From Epiperipatus broadwayi (taxonomy: Eukaryota; Animalia; Onychophora), in NCBI GenBank assembly GCA_028023455.1, contig JAQFVV010000005.1:5580001-5644000 (forward strand): a DNA stretch of 64,000 bases, read 5' to 3'. Below the pieces are notes generated by a model. It saw only the letters and a list, made by a program, of their open reading frames with translations. It was not told where the DNA came from and did no database searches. This document shows, one piece after another, positions 41,476 to 55,500 of this stretch. Each line of letters begins with the position of its first letter. Positions within the stretch are counted from its first letter, which is position 1. The position numbers were made by a program, and so were the translations under genes.

Positions 41476-42866
41476 TGAATTACATATATAAAACTGAAAA
41501 AGTATATACTACAAACATCAATTACACATCTTTTATGCTTACAATAAAAAATTTTAGAATCCTATCTAATATTCTTCTTCATCACTTCTGTTATGATTCT
41601 TAAATATGTTTTAATTAAAATATGTGGTATCTATATACCAGATAGATAATGTTTTTTTAATAAATTGGTAACAATTGATATATATGTAATCATTTTCTCA
41701 CTTTATTGCAAATCATTTGAAATATTTTCAAGCAATAATGTCATGATCAAAATATGTTATTTTGACAAAACTGAAATAATAATAAATTTTCAGCCTCTAA
41801 AACTTTATAATGGTAATATATTTCTAAATGGAAATCTAACATAATATTTAATTACTTAATTATCAATGTATTATTTTAATTCAAACATTTATGATTGTAG
41901 AAAGCAATTAATTTTAAATAGTAATATTTCCTATTGATTTATTTTTATTCCTGTCATTGGCGGGGTGGGGGGGGTCTAAAAGTATGCTTATTTTTAGTTA
42001 TATATAATGTGTACATATAAAGAGAAAGATGTTGAAAGGTATTAGATATGGAGAGGGAAAATCACTGATCTATAAAATAACATATGTACATAAAATAATA
42101 ATAGGTTTAATGAACTAAGTTATTCATTTCAAAATAATTTATTTCAAAAATATCTATCTAATAAATTAGAACTTTTTTTGACTATAAATGTTTCTTTTCA
42201 AAAACAAAGAAAAAAGGAATATCTGGTGCTACATTCCTATAAGCAGTATCCCAGTGTCCTGAAATCTGACTCTTTTAAGTTTTTTTTAAACTGAACAAAT
42301 CTTAACATTTACTCCACCAAAATGTTATCATGAGATATAATATAATGCCATATTAGTTTCAAAAGCTAAAGATTCCTGAAATAATTCTCAACTAAATAAA
42401 AATTTGAAGAGAATTTTTGGATTCAGTATACCAAATAAGAGACAGAATATACAGTTAGCAATTCAACCCTTTGTCTGATAAAGATTTCTGTTAAAGATTT
42501 GTTTCATAATTTGTAACATATTGAACTTCATTAAATGCCATGACAGATTTGTCACATTCAAACTTAGGTTATCATACAGGATGGTTATTTATTTTTAGTT
42601 ACTACTTTTATTAATAATGAAAATTGCATTTTTTGATTATTCTCCTGAGCATTTAATAATAGGATTTATTTTTATTTTCAAGCAATTAAGTAAATTATCT
42701 GTTTTCCACTTGATTTTTGCAATATTTATATTTTACTAAATAATCAGATATTATATATTGGAGCATATTATAAAATATATAATATAAATAGGTAACAATC
42801 AATAAAGCAAGTCATATATAACGTGACATTGTTTTTATGAGTTTGTATTTACAAATAGAGAGCTTA

Positions 42867-42910
42867 TCAATTAAGAGCTTGTTTGAGCCATTGGTATGCT
42901 CTCTCTATAT
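42867..42910 (-). mobile_element. Solitary terminus of the 26111-26485 MITE family
   Basis: AATTAAGAGCTTGTTTGAGCCATTGGTATGCTCTCT matches the reverse complement of the left end of 26111-26485. Confidence 0.8.
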
Positions 42911-44206
42911 TACATATAAATATATTGATATAATAAAATTGAAATTATATAAAATGCAAAATTAGGCAATGTAGTAATAATATAAAATGTGATTATTTTA
43001 TTTAAGTCTTTGAAGATTGTTAAGCAACCAAAATATTGATCCCATTTAATAAAATTTAAACAGCAAAAAAATCTAATACTGAATAAAATGCAATAAAAAA
43101 ATAGAACTGTTTAAATAATAAGTGTATACATATGAGAAAATTGCATAATAATTTATCACAATAATTTTTCCAAAGATAAATTTAACACAAATTCTCAGGA
43201 TGCTTACTTTCATCTTGAAGACCTTTTTTGTTTAAAATCATGTATATATTTTTTCTACTTTTTGCGATTTTTTTTTCACTTGGTGGGCATATCATGAAAT
43301 CTTTTGCATCTTCTGCTTTGATGAAAGCCAATAGCCTGGAACTATTCGTGATAATATGATTGTTTACAGAATTGAATCAAATAATGACACATTTTTAAAT
43401 AAGCTTGGCAAAATTAATTCAAGTTTATTATAATTAAATCACGATTAGATAATTAATGATTTACAGAAAATTTGATTACTATATGTAACATTTTATAACT
43501 TATTTTTACATCAAGTTAAATGCTATCATTCATAACAATATTCTAATTAAAACATAACTATGTGTTTTGATTGATTGCATTAATAAATATTTGTTTAAAA
43601 AAATGAAAGAATCTATAGATGAGACTTCTGCAAAATATATAATAAGTGAGATAAAGCATATAATGACTCATAATCTTCTTCAAAACATTTCTAAGAATTC
43701 TAATTACTATTTCATAATAATATCTAAAATAGATCTTTTAGGTAATAGTGATATCTCTTCAGTCATGCTATTATTAAAATATTCATTTATTCAAAGATTA
43801 TTTAATGACATTAACAAAGATAAATCAACACAAATCAAATAAAGCAATTGAAATACTTTTAACATAATTTTATATATATAAATAATAGCTATGTATATAT
43901 TATATTGCTCAAATTAAAAATATTTTAAAATAATACTAATAATATAAAAGTTTCATTAAAGTTTATAGCATAACTTTAAAGATGAAAATGCTACAAATAA
44001 TTGTGTTAAGAGGATTTCTAAACAATAGCAAACTACCATTAATGATGATTAAGTATTTTATTTATAGTATTTTATTATTCAATTATTCTATCCAACCAAA
44101 ATTATAATATAATTCAAGAATCCAATTATACTATGACTACCAATAAGCCAATAAGCTAATGCACATGCGCTTTCTAGTTGTCACTATATAAATGAATACT
44201 CCCACT

Positions 44207-44308
44207 TTTTCAAACACAAGATAAAGTCTTTGGGGAAAAGATAGAATGAATCCATCCATCTTTTTGACCCAAACGTATATGTATGGGCAAATCTTAAGTG
44301 TTTGAAAA
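44207..44308. repeat. Partially deleted copy of the 46953-47100 palindromic element
   Basis: Left arm ACAAGATAAAGTCTTT...AAAAGATA(G/A)AATGAATCCA is shared. Residual inverted repeat TTTTCAAACAC / GTGTTTGAAAA. Confidence 0.7.
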
Positions 44309-45448
44309 TAAATGTCTTGTTTACTATGACTACATAAAAGAGAAAATTGATTTTGATACATAAATTTTTATAAATTGAATCAATACCACATTTCATCTTT
44401 GAAATTTTGAATCATTAGCATTTCTTACTGAAAACTGTAACAGGCAAGTACTTCCATCAAAACTTAGCTTCTTGGTTTTAAAATAACCAATCGCAGAAAA
44501 ATAATATTATGAGAGTCCCTATCTTTTCACAATATTTCTGAACTAAAATTAAAGACATTATTTGATGCTGTTTTTTATTCAGCAAATCATGCTATTGTCA
44601 TTATTAATAATCTGATTACTGTCCATCCCTATGATTTTACAATTTTGCTTCCTTCACAAATGGCTAATTATGTTTGAGATTTATTCTGTACAAGAGATTC
44701 TGCTAATAAACAAACTACTGCTGCTATACTTCTTACTGTTATTTTATTAGAAGAATTTAATCCCAAATATATGGTCACTATTTTCTTCTAATTATTTTTC
44801 TGTTATTTTCTTTTTCTATTTATACTGAGTGTTGTAACTGTTTTACTAACATTATGACTAGTTAATAGCCTCCTACATGGCTATAATCAATAATATATTA
44901 TTTAATTCTTTATAACATACAATTCTAACATACAATTCTAATAGATAAAAAAATCTCAACATAATTTTACTTTATAAATCTTACTTCATTTTATGAACCA
45001 TTTCATATCCATATAATATTCTACATTTCCATCTCTTATATTCATTTTATTTACTTTATTAAATACTTCTTAGTTATTTTTCTATATCAGATAGGAAATT
45101 AACAAAAAATTATTTCCTAATGAAAAATTAAATACAAAAAAAAAAAAAAAGAAAGATTTGAAAATGACCGTAGAAGGTAGTTGAAGCAATAGAATATTAA
45201 ACTATATATGTGGATAAGGAAATAAATAGTTTATAAAATAAAACAATATTTATAAAGAAAAATTATGATGAAAATTTTTATATACTGGAATTACTAAGAT
45301 ATTTTACAAAGAATATAAATAAAATGGGATGCATACCAATTTACATTTATATCTATGCTAATTTGTAATTTTGTATCATTAAATTCGTGTTTTATTATTT
45401 TAAATTCAATTTTTTATATGAATATATTATAAATTTATAAAATTTATC

Positions 45449-45657
45449 TAAATGCAATTTATCCACTATTTTGAACACTTTTTAGCAAAAAAATTTTATT
45501 GTACCTATATGCATACACAATCTTACATTTCGATTGTCCTGCAGAAAGTAAAATTGGCTCTGAAGAAGACTTCAGGACAGTAAGATTGTATATGCATATA
45601 GGTACAATAAAAGATTTTTGCTAAAAAGTGTTCAAAATAGTGGATAAATTGCATTTA
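45449..45657. mobile_element. 209-bp fold-back element with 78-bp inverted arms (MITE-like)
   Basis: 45449-45526 versus 45580-45657 match at 75/78. Extra TGTCCTG/CAGGACA stem inside. Starts and ends with TA. Confidence 0.85.
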
Positions 45658-46952
45658 CATAAGATATTACAGCAAAATAAAGGAAGTGGTGAATTTAATA
45701 TTTCTGTAAAATTTATCTATATATTCTATGTAAATATATATATACTCAATCAAATATATCTTAATATATAAAGAGATGAAATTAAAAGCTAAGAGTTCCT
45801 AGATCAAAACTCACATGCTATTTCTGATGCTTAAATGTCACCTGACTTCTCAAAATGACTAACCATTTCATTATATATATACTTTAATAAATTAAACATA
45901 TTTATATACACTAACAATAGAAATAATAGAAGAAATATATACAAAAATAAAAACTGATAACCTTATCATTTATAAATTTGTTAATTATATTAAATCTGCT
46001 TTACAAAGTAGAAAATATGATGAGCACAAAATTACAACTATTAATGGGTTAATATATTTAATCTTAAACTGCAATGGCTACGACGTGGTATAGTAATGTA
46101 AAGGTCACAAACAGTATCCATTTTTAAAAGGAGTATTTATATTACATAAATATCATTCCAAATTTGATTTTCTTTAATAAGAATTATTTACAATAAATAT
46201 TAACATATTTATATAAAAAAATTTTAAAAATATAGCCATAAAATCGCAAAAATTGACAAATAAAATTACTTTCGTTTAGAATAATTTCTAACTAGATTCA
46301 GTTGATTGCTTTCTTATAATCAATTATAATGGAATAAAATTTGCTTTTTACTATTGTTAGCATTAATTACAATATGTTTTATATTTGTCTAAAAAAGTTG
46401 AAAAAAAAATTATAATTTGCAAAAGATGAAAAAAATTTACTTTTGCTTAGACTACAAGTGGTATGAGATATTGGTAAATCCAAAAAAAAAAGAGCATAAA
46501 ACTTACATTACATGAGCCAAATTCAACTAATTTGATTTTTGCAAAATAGACACATACCTAGGAAGGTACTGAGATGGATACTTGTTCGATTAAAAAAATT
46601 ATATTCAATTAAGATATTTGAAAATTTATACCAGTAAAACATACCGGTTATAACCATTGACTTAAGAAATAACTATTTTGTTTTTAATTCTACATATTTA
46701 CAAAAATAGTCCAACTAGAGAACTCTATACTTAGAAATGCTAGTCTTAAACCTCATACTTGACTTAGATATATAAATGACATCTTTATGATATGGCCTAT
46801 AATGAGAACTTCATACTTTCATCAATTAGATAAATAAATTTTAAATATATATAACAAGTTATTTATTTATATACTAGTGTTTAATTTGTAACAATCACTA
46901 AGGAATCACACATACATATGCACTCGATAGATTTATATACTTGAGGAAAACT

Positions 46953-47100
46953 CTCACTCACTAAATACAAGATAAAGTCTTTTAAAAGATAAAATGAATC
47001 CACTCTATCTTTTTTACATATGCATATATATTTAGGTAAAAAAGATAGGGTGAATTCATTTTATCTTTTAAAAGACTTTATCTTGTATTTAGTAAGTGAG
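46953..47100. repeat. 148-bp near-perfect palindrome (64-bp arms, 20-nt loop)
   Basis: 46953-47016 versus 47037-47100 match at 61/64. Confidence 0.9.
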
Positions 47101-47533
47101 TTTTTTCAAATGATATAAATCTATATAGCACATATGTAGTGGTAATTCCCTAGTGATTATTATAAATAATTTTAATAAAAATATGCAATGGATTTTTCTA
47201 AAAGAGAATCCCATTTTCTTGATGTTGAAATTATTTACAGTAATAAAATTCTTAAAATATATATACAATAGTAGCATTTAAAGGTTAATATATTACAGAA
47301 ATACTTTAATACATTAAATTCCATATATTACCTAAAATCTATTTTATCCAACACAACTAAAATTGCATATCGAAAACACAAAAAAACTTAATAGATTTGT
47401 AAAAATAAACCTTATTACTAATTTTGTATTAGAAAAAGGTTATTTTTTATGTGGAGATAAAAGATGTCAAACATATTATTGTTACAAAAATGGTTCACGA
47501 TAAATACCACTCACGATTTTAAATGGTATATTA

Positions 47534-49829
47534 CAGAAGTCAGCAACCCCAGGCCCACATCCGAACCATGAGAAATTTTACCCAGCCCTCAATTTAACAA
47601 CTGGACACTAGTAGTCAATGGTTAGATGTCAGTGTACTGGTAAACGTTTAATAAAAATTTATTTACAATTATTAAATTTAATCACATTACTATACCTGCA
47701 GATAAATTTATCATTGTTTTTTATTTCTCCATACTGATTCCTTTTTTCTCTTTCCTTTCCAGAAGTTCTGAGCAAAAACAAACCCATGGATACTAAGAAA
47801 AGAAAGATAGATTTTGAGTGCCAAAATTTTAATAAAAGTTGGACATAGCTATTTTTTCATTGAGCATTTTGGGAAATGTATTTGTTTGATTTGTCAAGAT
47901 ATCATTGCCATGAAGAAAGTTTCAAATATTAAACAGTAACTATAAAACTTGTCATAATCATTATAACAATTTCACTGGAAAAACAAGAGAAAATGAAGTT
48001 GCATGGTTGAGAAATAATTTAGCAATGAAATCCTTTTTCACAAGAAAAGTTGAAGAAATTGATCGAAACACTCACGCTAGCTACACGGTGTCAAAACTAA
48101 TTGCAGAAAAAATGAGACCTTTTACTGATGGAGAATTCTTCAAAGAATATATGTTGAAGGTAGTTGATATTGTTTGTCCAGAAAAAAAGTAATTATTATC
48201 TGCAATAAACTAATCAGCAAGAACTGTAACAAAATGAATTGAAAAACTGGCAGGAAATGTCAGAATTGGGTTGAAGGACATTTTAACAAATCTGGAGTAT
48301 TATTCCATTGCTATTGATGAAACCATAGGTATGACAGATACTTGTCAATTTGCAGTATTTGTGAGGGATGTAATAGCAACATTTGATATTAAGAAAGAAT
48401 TTATACAATTGATTCATATGAAGGACATTAGCACTAGAGAAGATATTTTGTGAGGCATTATAAAATCTATTTCTGAAATAAATCTTGATTTATCAAAGTT
48501 TATTGGAATAACCACACAGATAGAGCACCAGTGATGGGTGGAGAGAAAAAAAAGTTTGTTTCATTGCTTCAAGAACATATTGGTATTGATCACAAACTAA
48601 TCAAACTTCACTACATTATTCATCAGGATACATTATGTACAAAGTCAGTGAATTTTAAGGATATCATGGTAGTAGTCATAAAAACAATGAATTTTATACT
48701 TACAAGAGGACTGAATCACTTTCAGTTTCAAGAAATTTTTAAAACAAATTGAAACAGAATATGGCAATCTTACATATTTTACAAATGTTTGATGGCTTAG
48801 CAGAGGAAAAATGCTAGAACGAGTATATGTATTAAGAGAAGAGATTGCTATGTTTTTAGAGACCAAAGACCAAGATAATTCTTGATTTCAGAATCCATAA
48901 TGGATTATCAAGTTAGCATTTATGATAGACATCACAACATACATGAACAATTTGAATCTTGAGCTTCAAGGAAGAAACAAGCTTATATTTGAAATTTCTG
49001 AGCAAATTATTGCTTTTGAAAGAAAACTTTTGACTGTGGGAATCACAACTTCAGACTAGCAACTATTGTCATTTTCCAAAATCCCAAGAAAGATATAGTA
49101 CCGGACATTTTTGTGAGCTCTATTCAAGATTTGAGAAGCGAGTTTTCAACCCGTTTTGTGGATTTCCGGCAATATAGAAATCAATTTATATTATTTGGTT
49201 CTTCTTATGAAGTTGATGTGGAATAAGTGGCAGAAAAATATCAGTTGGAGTCAATTGACTTACAATATGATGATTTTTTTTAAAATTTCACTTAAGAATC
49301 CACTGCTAACTTCTACAAGATACAAAATCTTTTGAATAATGCAAAAATGATGGTATTATTATTTGCAAGTACATATGCCTGGGAACAACTTTTTCAAAAA
49401 ATGAAATATTGTAAAAGTCGTTTAAGAACAAGGTTGTGTGATGACCACTTGAATGATGTTTTGCTTCTGGTATCAATAAACACTTCTCCAGATCTGAGAA
49501 GTTAGCAAACAATAAGCAGAAACAAGTATCACATTAATTAATTAATTTTCCATTTCTAATTGTGTTTTGTTTATAGTAAGAACTTGCAATTTTTTTGTTG
49601 TGTTTGCAGTAAGTAGTTGTTTTATTGTTATTCCTACAATTAAATAAGTAACCTTGTTTAAATAAAATTACTTTGAGTTCCTTGTTTTCTTTAAATATCC
49701 AGACCAAGACAGCTTTCTGGACAGAGTAGTCTAAGGTCGAGATGATTTATTTGTAGTACATTTTATATCATGGGCCTCCTTCAAAACACTGCATAGCTGT
49801 CTGTCCCTCCAAAAGGTTGCCAATCCTTG
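47534..49829 (+). mobile_element. Full-length decayed hAT transposon, Buster/SPIN (Charlie)-like
   Basis: TIRs CAGAAGTCAGCAACC and (rc) CAAGGATTGGCAACC. Degenerate 8-bp TSD GTATATTA / TTATATCA (6/8). Internal transposase pseudogene. Confidence 0.9.
47786..49537 (+). pseudogene. hAT transposase pseudogene (GTF2IRD2/ZBED8/SPIN-like)
   Basis: MDTKKRKIDFECQ...YFFIEHFGKCICLIC (zinc-finger-like N-terminus), YYSIAIDET (first catalytic D), DRAPVMGG, HYIIHQDTLC, WLSRGKML, FASTYAWEQLF, ending KQKQVSH*. Many stops and frameshifts. ORF-track entries 48007, 48271 and 48531 are pieces of it. Confidence 0.93.
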
Positions 49830-51890
49830 TTATATCACTTGTAAAGTATAAATAATATATTTAACAGAATGCAGCAGATGCCTGAACCATTATGTAGGTG
49901 AATTGACAAGCAGCCTAAATATTAGAATAACTAACCACAATTTCGACATTTTATATAAAAATAAAGACAGTAGCAGTTTCTAAAAACTTCAGTTTACTAT
50001 ATCATGTAATTGATCATTTAAGAATGGTCATATTACAAAACTATTTTATTTTCACAAGAGACAGAGGTGTAAGTTATTTTTATTTATAAATTTAAGATTT
50101 TACTTCATGGTATAAACATGGATATAGACAGCATTACATCCTTGAATTCCTAAGGCTCTGTTTTCCATTCATTAGTTATTATTATTAAGTACGTTAACCA
50201 ATAAGATATTTTTTTTATATTGAGATTTAATATGAATACATAATAATTTCTTATACATATATGACTTTTTGTATACAATTTTTGCATATATATTTTTGCA
50301 TATATTTTTGTATATATATTTTTTGTAATTAATAAATTATTTTGCAAACATTTGTCTGTTTAATTTTATTTTTATCCTATATTTTAGGTAATTTCTATTT
50401 TAAAAACCAAAAATAAATCATGTAGCCGACTTTTTATTTGTGAATTTCAAAATTGTAATTATAAAAAAGTTAAAATAATAATCATTTGTCTCTAGAAAAG
50501 TCTACTAGTCAGTCGAATTTTATTAGAGACAAAAAAAGTCAATAATAATAAATAAAAAAAATATGAAATTATCATCTTAAAACAATGCACTATTTTATTT
50601 TTTTGCCCTGATGGGAAAAATAACTGAACAAAAAACTTTCCATCACTAAAAAAATAGTTTAACTACTGCTAACAATTTTATATTATCTTATTGTCTCAAT
50701 ATTTATTAATGAATAAAAAAACTAGTAGTATTATATATTAGAATAAGAAATGCAATTTTCAAATCAGTTTTAGTTACCTATCAAAGGCAAGTTCAGGGCC
50801 TCAATTTAACAACTTTCATTACTTTTTTCACATCATCAATAAAACATCTTTTATCCTTCCAATATAACTTTTATAATTACTCTATTTCTAAATATATGCT
50901 CTATACAATTTTTCTTTTTATTTAGTCTTTCCAACTTATTCTTTCTATACTTATCCGAATCTACTTCTCAAAAACATCCATTATTTATCCTGGCCTGGAT
51001 ATATTAGAAAAATCACATTATTTTGTAGATTACTGAAATTTAAATAAAAAAACTGACTTGTTAAACATTTTTTTTATTTTGGAGTTCAACTTTATATAAA
51101 CTAAAATATTTGGACTATACAGAGAAAAGAAAAAAAGCAATCGGAAATTTAAGATATATTTAAGGAAACTGTAAAAGATTACTTAGCTTATTCATGGAGT
51201 AAGTGAGACCAAAAACATTACTACAATAATTCACAAGACAGATTTTCAAAGAATCATCTATGTAAACTTACAAATAATGCTAATTTTCTTATATCAATGC
51301 CAATCTGCTCCATAGATAAAAAGTGTCCTAATTTATATGTGGAGTAGTTAAAATTATTAAAAGACCAATTAGATAAGAAATATTAGAATTACTTAAATAT
51401 TAAAAACTAGGTAAAAAAAAAAAAGATAGTTATAAAGAAATTTTAAAAAAAAATACAAAAGTTTTTAGGAAAAAGAAATAATGAATATCTAATGAATTAT
51501 CAAAAATGGAAAGAAATTGAAAAAAGATGGAAAAAAAAACAAGTGAAAAAATAATCTTCAGAATGGTACAATTATAAAAAAACTTGAAATGGAAAGCAAG
51601 GTATATTGAAAAATGGAATATATCTTTTGGGATGACTTGTATCATTCTTTAACAAAAGACTGATAATAAAATATATGTAAGCAAAACTTAAAATTACATA
51701 TGAATTCCGTTATTAGTAAATTAAGTTTCCAAGTATTTGCATTTATGAGATAAAATTATAATGAAGCTACAAATTATGCTATATCAAACTACATGACTTC
51801 AATTATATGCTAATAAAAGAAATGTAAATAAACAAAAAAAAAAATGTAAACAAACATAATAAAAACATTACAATTTTATGAATCTCAATA

Positions 51891-52564
51891 CAGTAGCAAT
51901 CATTTTTTCCCTAGATAAATTTAACATTCTTAAGTACCATAATTAAAAGGCATGTGTACAAAATTTTTTCTTAGCATTTTTTTTTCAGAACATTTAATAA
52001 ATATATTGTACATGTATATCTTTAGTAAAATATATTGTAATATAAGTAATAAACACAAAAAAAATCGTACTACTATTAAACGAGGGGGGGGGGGTTTGAT
52101 TTAATAAAGAAAAGTAAGAAATCAGTCATCATGATCAGAGAAATTATAAAAAGACGCAGATATCAAGTCAGTCACTTGTGCCCCTAAAATAGCTAAAGTT
52201 GCAACTAATATAAAGGCTAATTTTTTTATTAAAATGGGAAAAAACTTTAAATCTATAATTAAATGATATTATGTGAAAACATTACAATTGACTGTTTTAT
52301 ATTATGTCAGAAAGACTTAAGTCTTTATGAAGAATTTAGCCAAGAATCTGGATCAAAACAATTCTAAGCTATTCATACCAAATAGGGAAAAGTTGTATTG
52401 ATTCCAAAACCATTAGTCTTAAAAATATTAAAATATTCAATAACAGTCAATAACAAAACTGCCACTACATTTTCATTAGAATTTTAAACAAATATTGAAG
52501 GGGGGGGGGGGCTGGAACAAGTATTTAATTGTGATGAAACAGAATTGTGAACAATTAAGTACTG
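51891..52564 (+). mobile_element. Internally deleted pogo/Tigger element with transposase remnant
   Basis: APKIAKVATNIKA...IKMGK(T)LNL*LND (Tigger1/TIGD1-like CENP-B HTH region) at about 52180-52265. EQVFNCDETEL at 52515-52547 (cf. QVFNCDETGL). Ends TA-CAGTA...TACTG-TA, short match only. Confidence 0.7.
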
Positions 52565-55500
52565 TAAATATATATATAAACGTAATTTCTTTATCTGTTA
52601 TTAATAATATTACTATTGTTTAAAATTTTTTTTATAAAGTATTATAATCTTAATTTATATACTCAATCTGTATGCACAAAGCATCTATTATAAATATATA
52701 CGTCTATTGGAAAGTACTGCATAATAAAATAAACAATATTTATTGTATTATAATCAAGGCTTGTCAACAAAACACGAGTTACTACATGATATATATGTTA
52801 TATACAAGGGGAACTTAAAAATATAGCATACTTTGCAGCTCTACTGCATGTCATACATATAAAAATTTCAATTAATATAAAGGCGTAGATAAAAAGAGAT
52901 TCTGACTCAAGCTTTCTATATAATCTCCACTTTTACCAAATATATATATATGCTCACTTCTATTTAAAAAAATTAAAAAGAGATACAGTTTATGTATAAA
53001 AGCTAAAAAATATAAAAAAAAATTAATAAAATCCTTTGTTGCAATAATAATAATCATATAGTTAGTTGCTCAGACTATAATGTGACATTCAAGAACCTAA
53101 GTAGAAAACTAATAAAATTAATTATGCTCAAATTTTGTCAATTTGCACAAATATCATACACCTATCATATGCAACCTCATAAGATCACAATTAGTAAGTA
53201 GGAGTTTGGCAAGTCTGAGGTAACTACAGATAAGCATAATCATTTTCAGTTATTAATTAAACTTCTCTTAGACTGACATTTGTAGTAAATTTTGCTTTCC
53301 TTATTTTAGCAATCCTTTATGAGTAAAATTTACATATTTTTATCCATTGTCTTTCTTTTGTTTGCCTTACTTTCTTTCGCTTGGACATATAGATAATGCT
53401 AGCAAAATTTAATAAATCATGCCGACAGCAAAACTTTCTGATCTGCATGGAAAAAAGCATACATAAATCACTCCATGTACTAAACTGAAAATTTTACAAA
53501 TAAATAAAATGCCATTCACATGACAAAACAGTAGGCAATATTAATTTGATAGCTATTGCTAACAATATTGTAACATTTGTTTTTTTTATTTTTTTTTTAC
53601 AGTATTTATAATGTAACAAACTGATTTAATATTCTTTTTTGCATATTAATACATATAGAGAGAGAGGTTCATATTTTCTATCAGTAGATACATATAAATA
53701 AATATGTTAAATATCCTAAAGTATATTATAAATATGCACAAATGTAAAATAATTTATATACTGAAAATCATTATAATATATTAGCATAGAAGATACAACA
53801 GAGTTTTATTGAAAGTACAGTTTTATGATCACTAAGAATATTTTCCAAAAATTCTTATTTTCCAAAAATTCTCTTGTACCACTTCAGATAAATAAAGCAT
53901 CAAAAACTTAAAAGTATAGAAACAAGTCTATTTCTAATAATCAGTGAAAAATAATTAATTACATAAATCAGTCTGCAATTAAGTATCAGACTAGATACTT
54001 CCAAATTAACAATAATTATAAAATTTCCAGTAATGGAGCTATATTCTCTTATTAAAGCTTACATTATTCAATATTCAACTTCCAAACAATTTTATTATTT
54101 TTTTCATCACAATAAAGTGCATTTAAAATATACATAAAAAATAAGCAATGATAAAAAAATTAGTAAACTATCTTATAATTTCAATCACACATAAAGTAAT
54201 GATAAAATATATATATATAATGTAAATTTACACAATTTAATTAAAACTGGTCAATAGTTTTTTCCTAAATCAATTACGATAAAATAAAAATAAAAACTAT
54301 TGATTCAACTGTACTTTTAATAAAACACCATGTTTCAACTAACATTGACATGATTATAGAATAATTTTTAAAATGTTACTTATATTTCATTTGTGATGTG
54401 AAAATTTAAATTTCTGCAGGAAAACACAGTAATCAGGCAATTTAATTAATCAAGTGATAACGCTTGACTATCATCACTGGTACTAACTACTCCATTAATA
54501 CATTTTATCGTAACATCTCAGCTTTAGAGCTGCATCTCAAAATTTATAAATTAAATCAATTTTGTATCAGATCTTATGAAGCATAGATTAAACTTTTTTT
54601 CCACCTTCAATCCAAAATTTCAAATCAGTTTTTTGCAAACCCACTATATGTTAATTAAAAAAAAAATCAATTTAAATCCAATATATTATTATTTAATTAT
54701 ATATTAAAATGTTCTTTTTCAGACATAGTTTATTTAACTAGCAGTGGCTACTATAACAGAACAATAAGAGATGTACTATACTAAATAAGCCATTGATCAC
54801 AAGATTATTCATATTAAGATTTATATTTAAAAAAATAAATAGATTTGACATTTTAACTACATTTGTATTGTTGCTATATGATCAAACATAAATCTCATGA
54901 TCCAAGATTGGTAATATCCATCATTAAAGAAATTGAAAACAAAACATGTAAAACTTATAAATGGACTACCCTTTGGTATTATGTAGTTAGGTCTTGTGTA
55001 GATCGATAAAAATTAATTAAAATCATGGTTTTATCTACTCTGTGACTTTTGTACACATATTTCCCTCTTTTTTTTTTAAAAAAAAAAATCATTTAATATA
55101 TAATTTATTAGCATCTAAGTTGAAGGAACTAAAGATTATTGACTACAAATCCCTAATAACATATTAGTATTAAATAGACACATATTAAAGCAGCGACAGT
55201 TTGATACAACTTTAATCTCTCAATCTTAAAAATTATTGTATAAAAAGTACATACGCGTAAGTATGTGTTTAAAAAAATTGTGCAAGATAATGTTAAAATT
55301 AAATTAAGAAAATGGAAGTTTACAATAACAAAACTGTATAAAATGAAAATTAATGAAGTTATAAAATATTCAAAAACAATTTATAAAATAATAAGATTAA
55401 GTTGATCCAATTTATATAATAGTTGGTGAAAAATAAATCTTTAATTTGATTACAAGAGCAGAAAATCTTTAGATTCTATTTCAGCGGGTAATGTGATATG

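Noticed and set aside
43567-43842. 91-aa ORF faintly resembling an hAT transposase segment
   Set aside because: The catalytic DE(S/T)TD motif is absent, and no TIRs or further motifs were found. Too weak to call.
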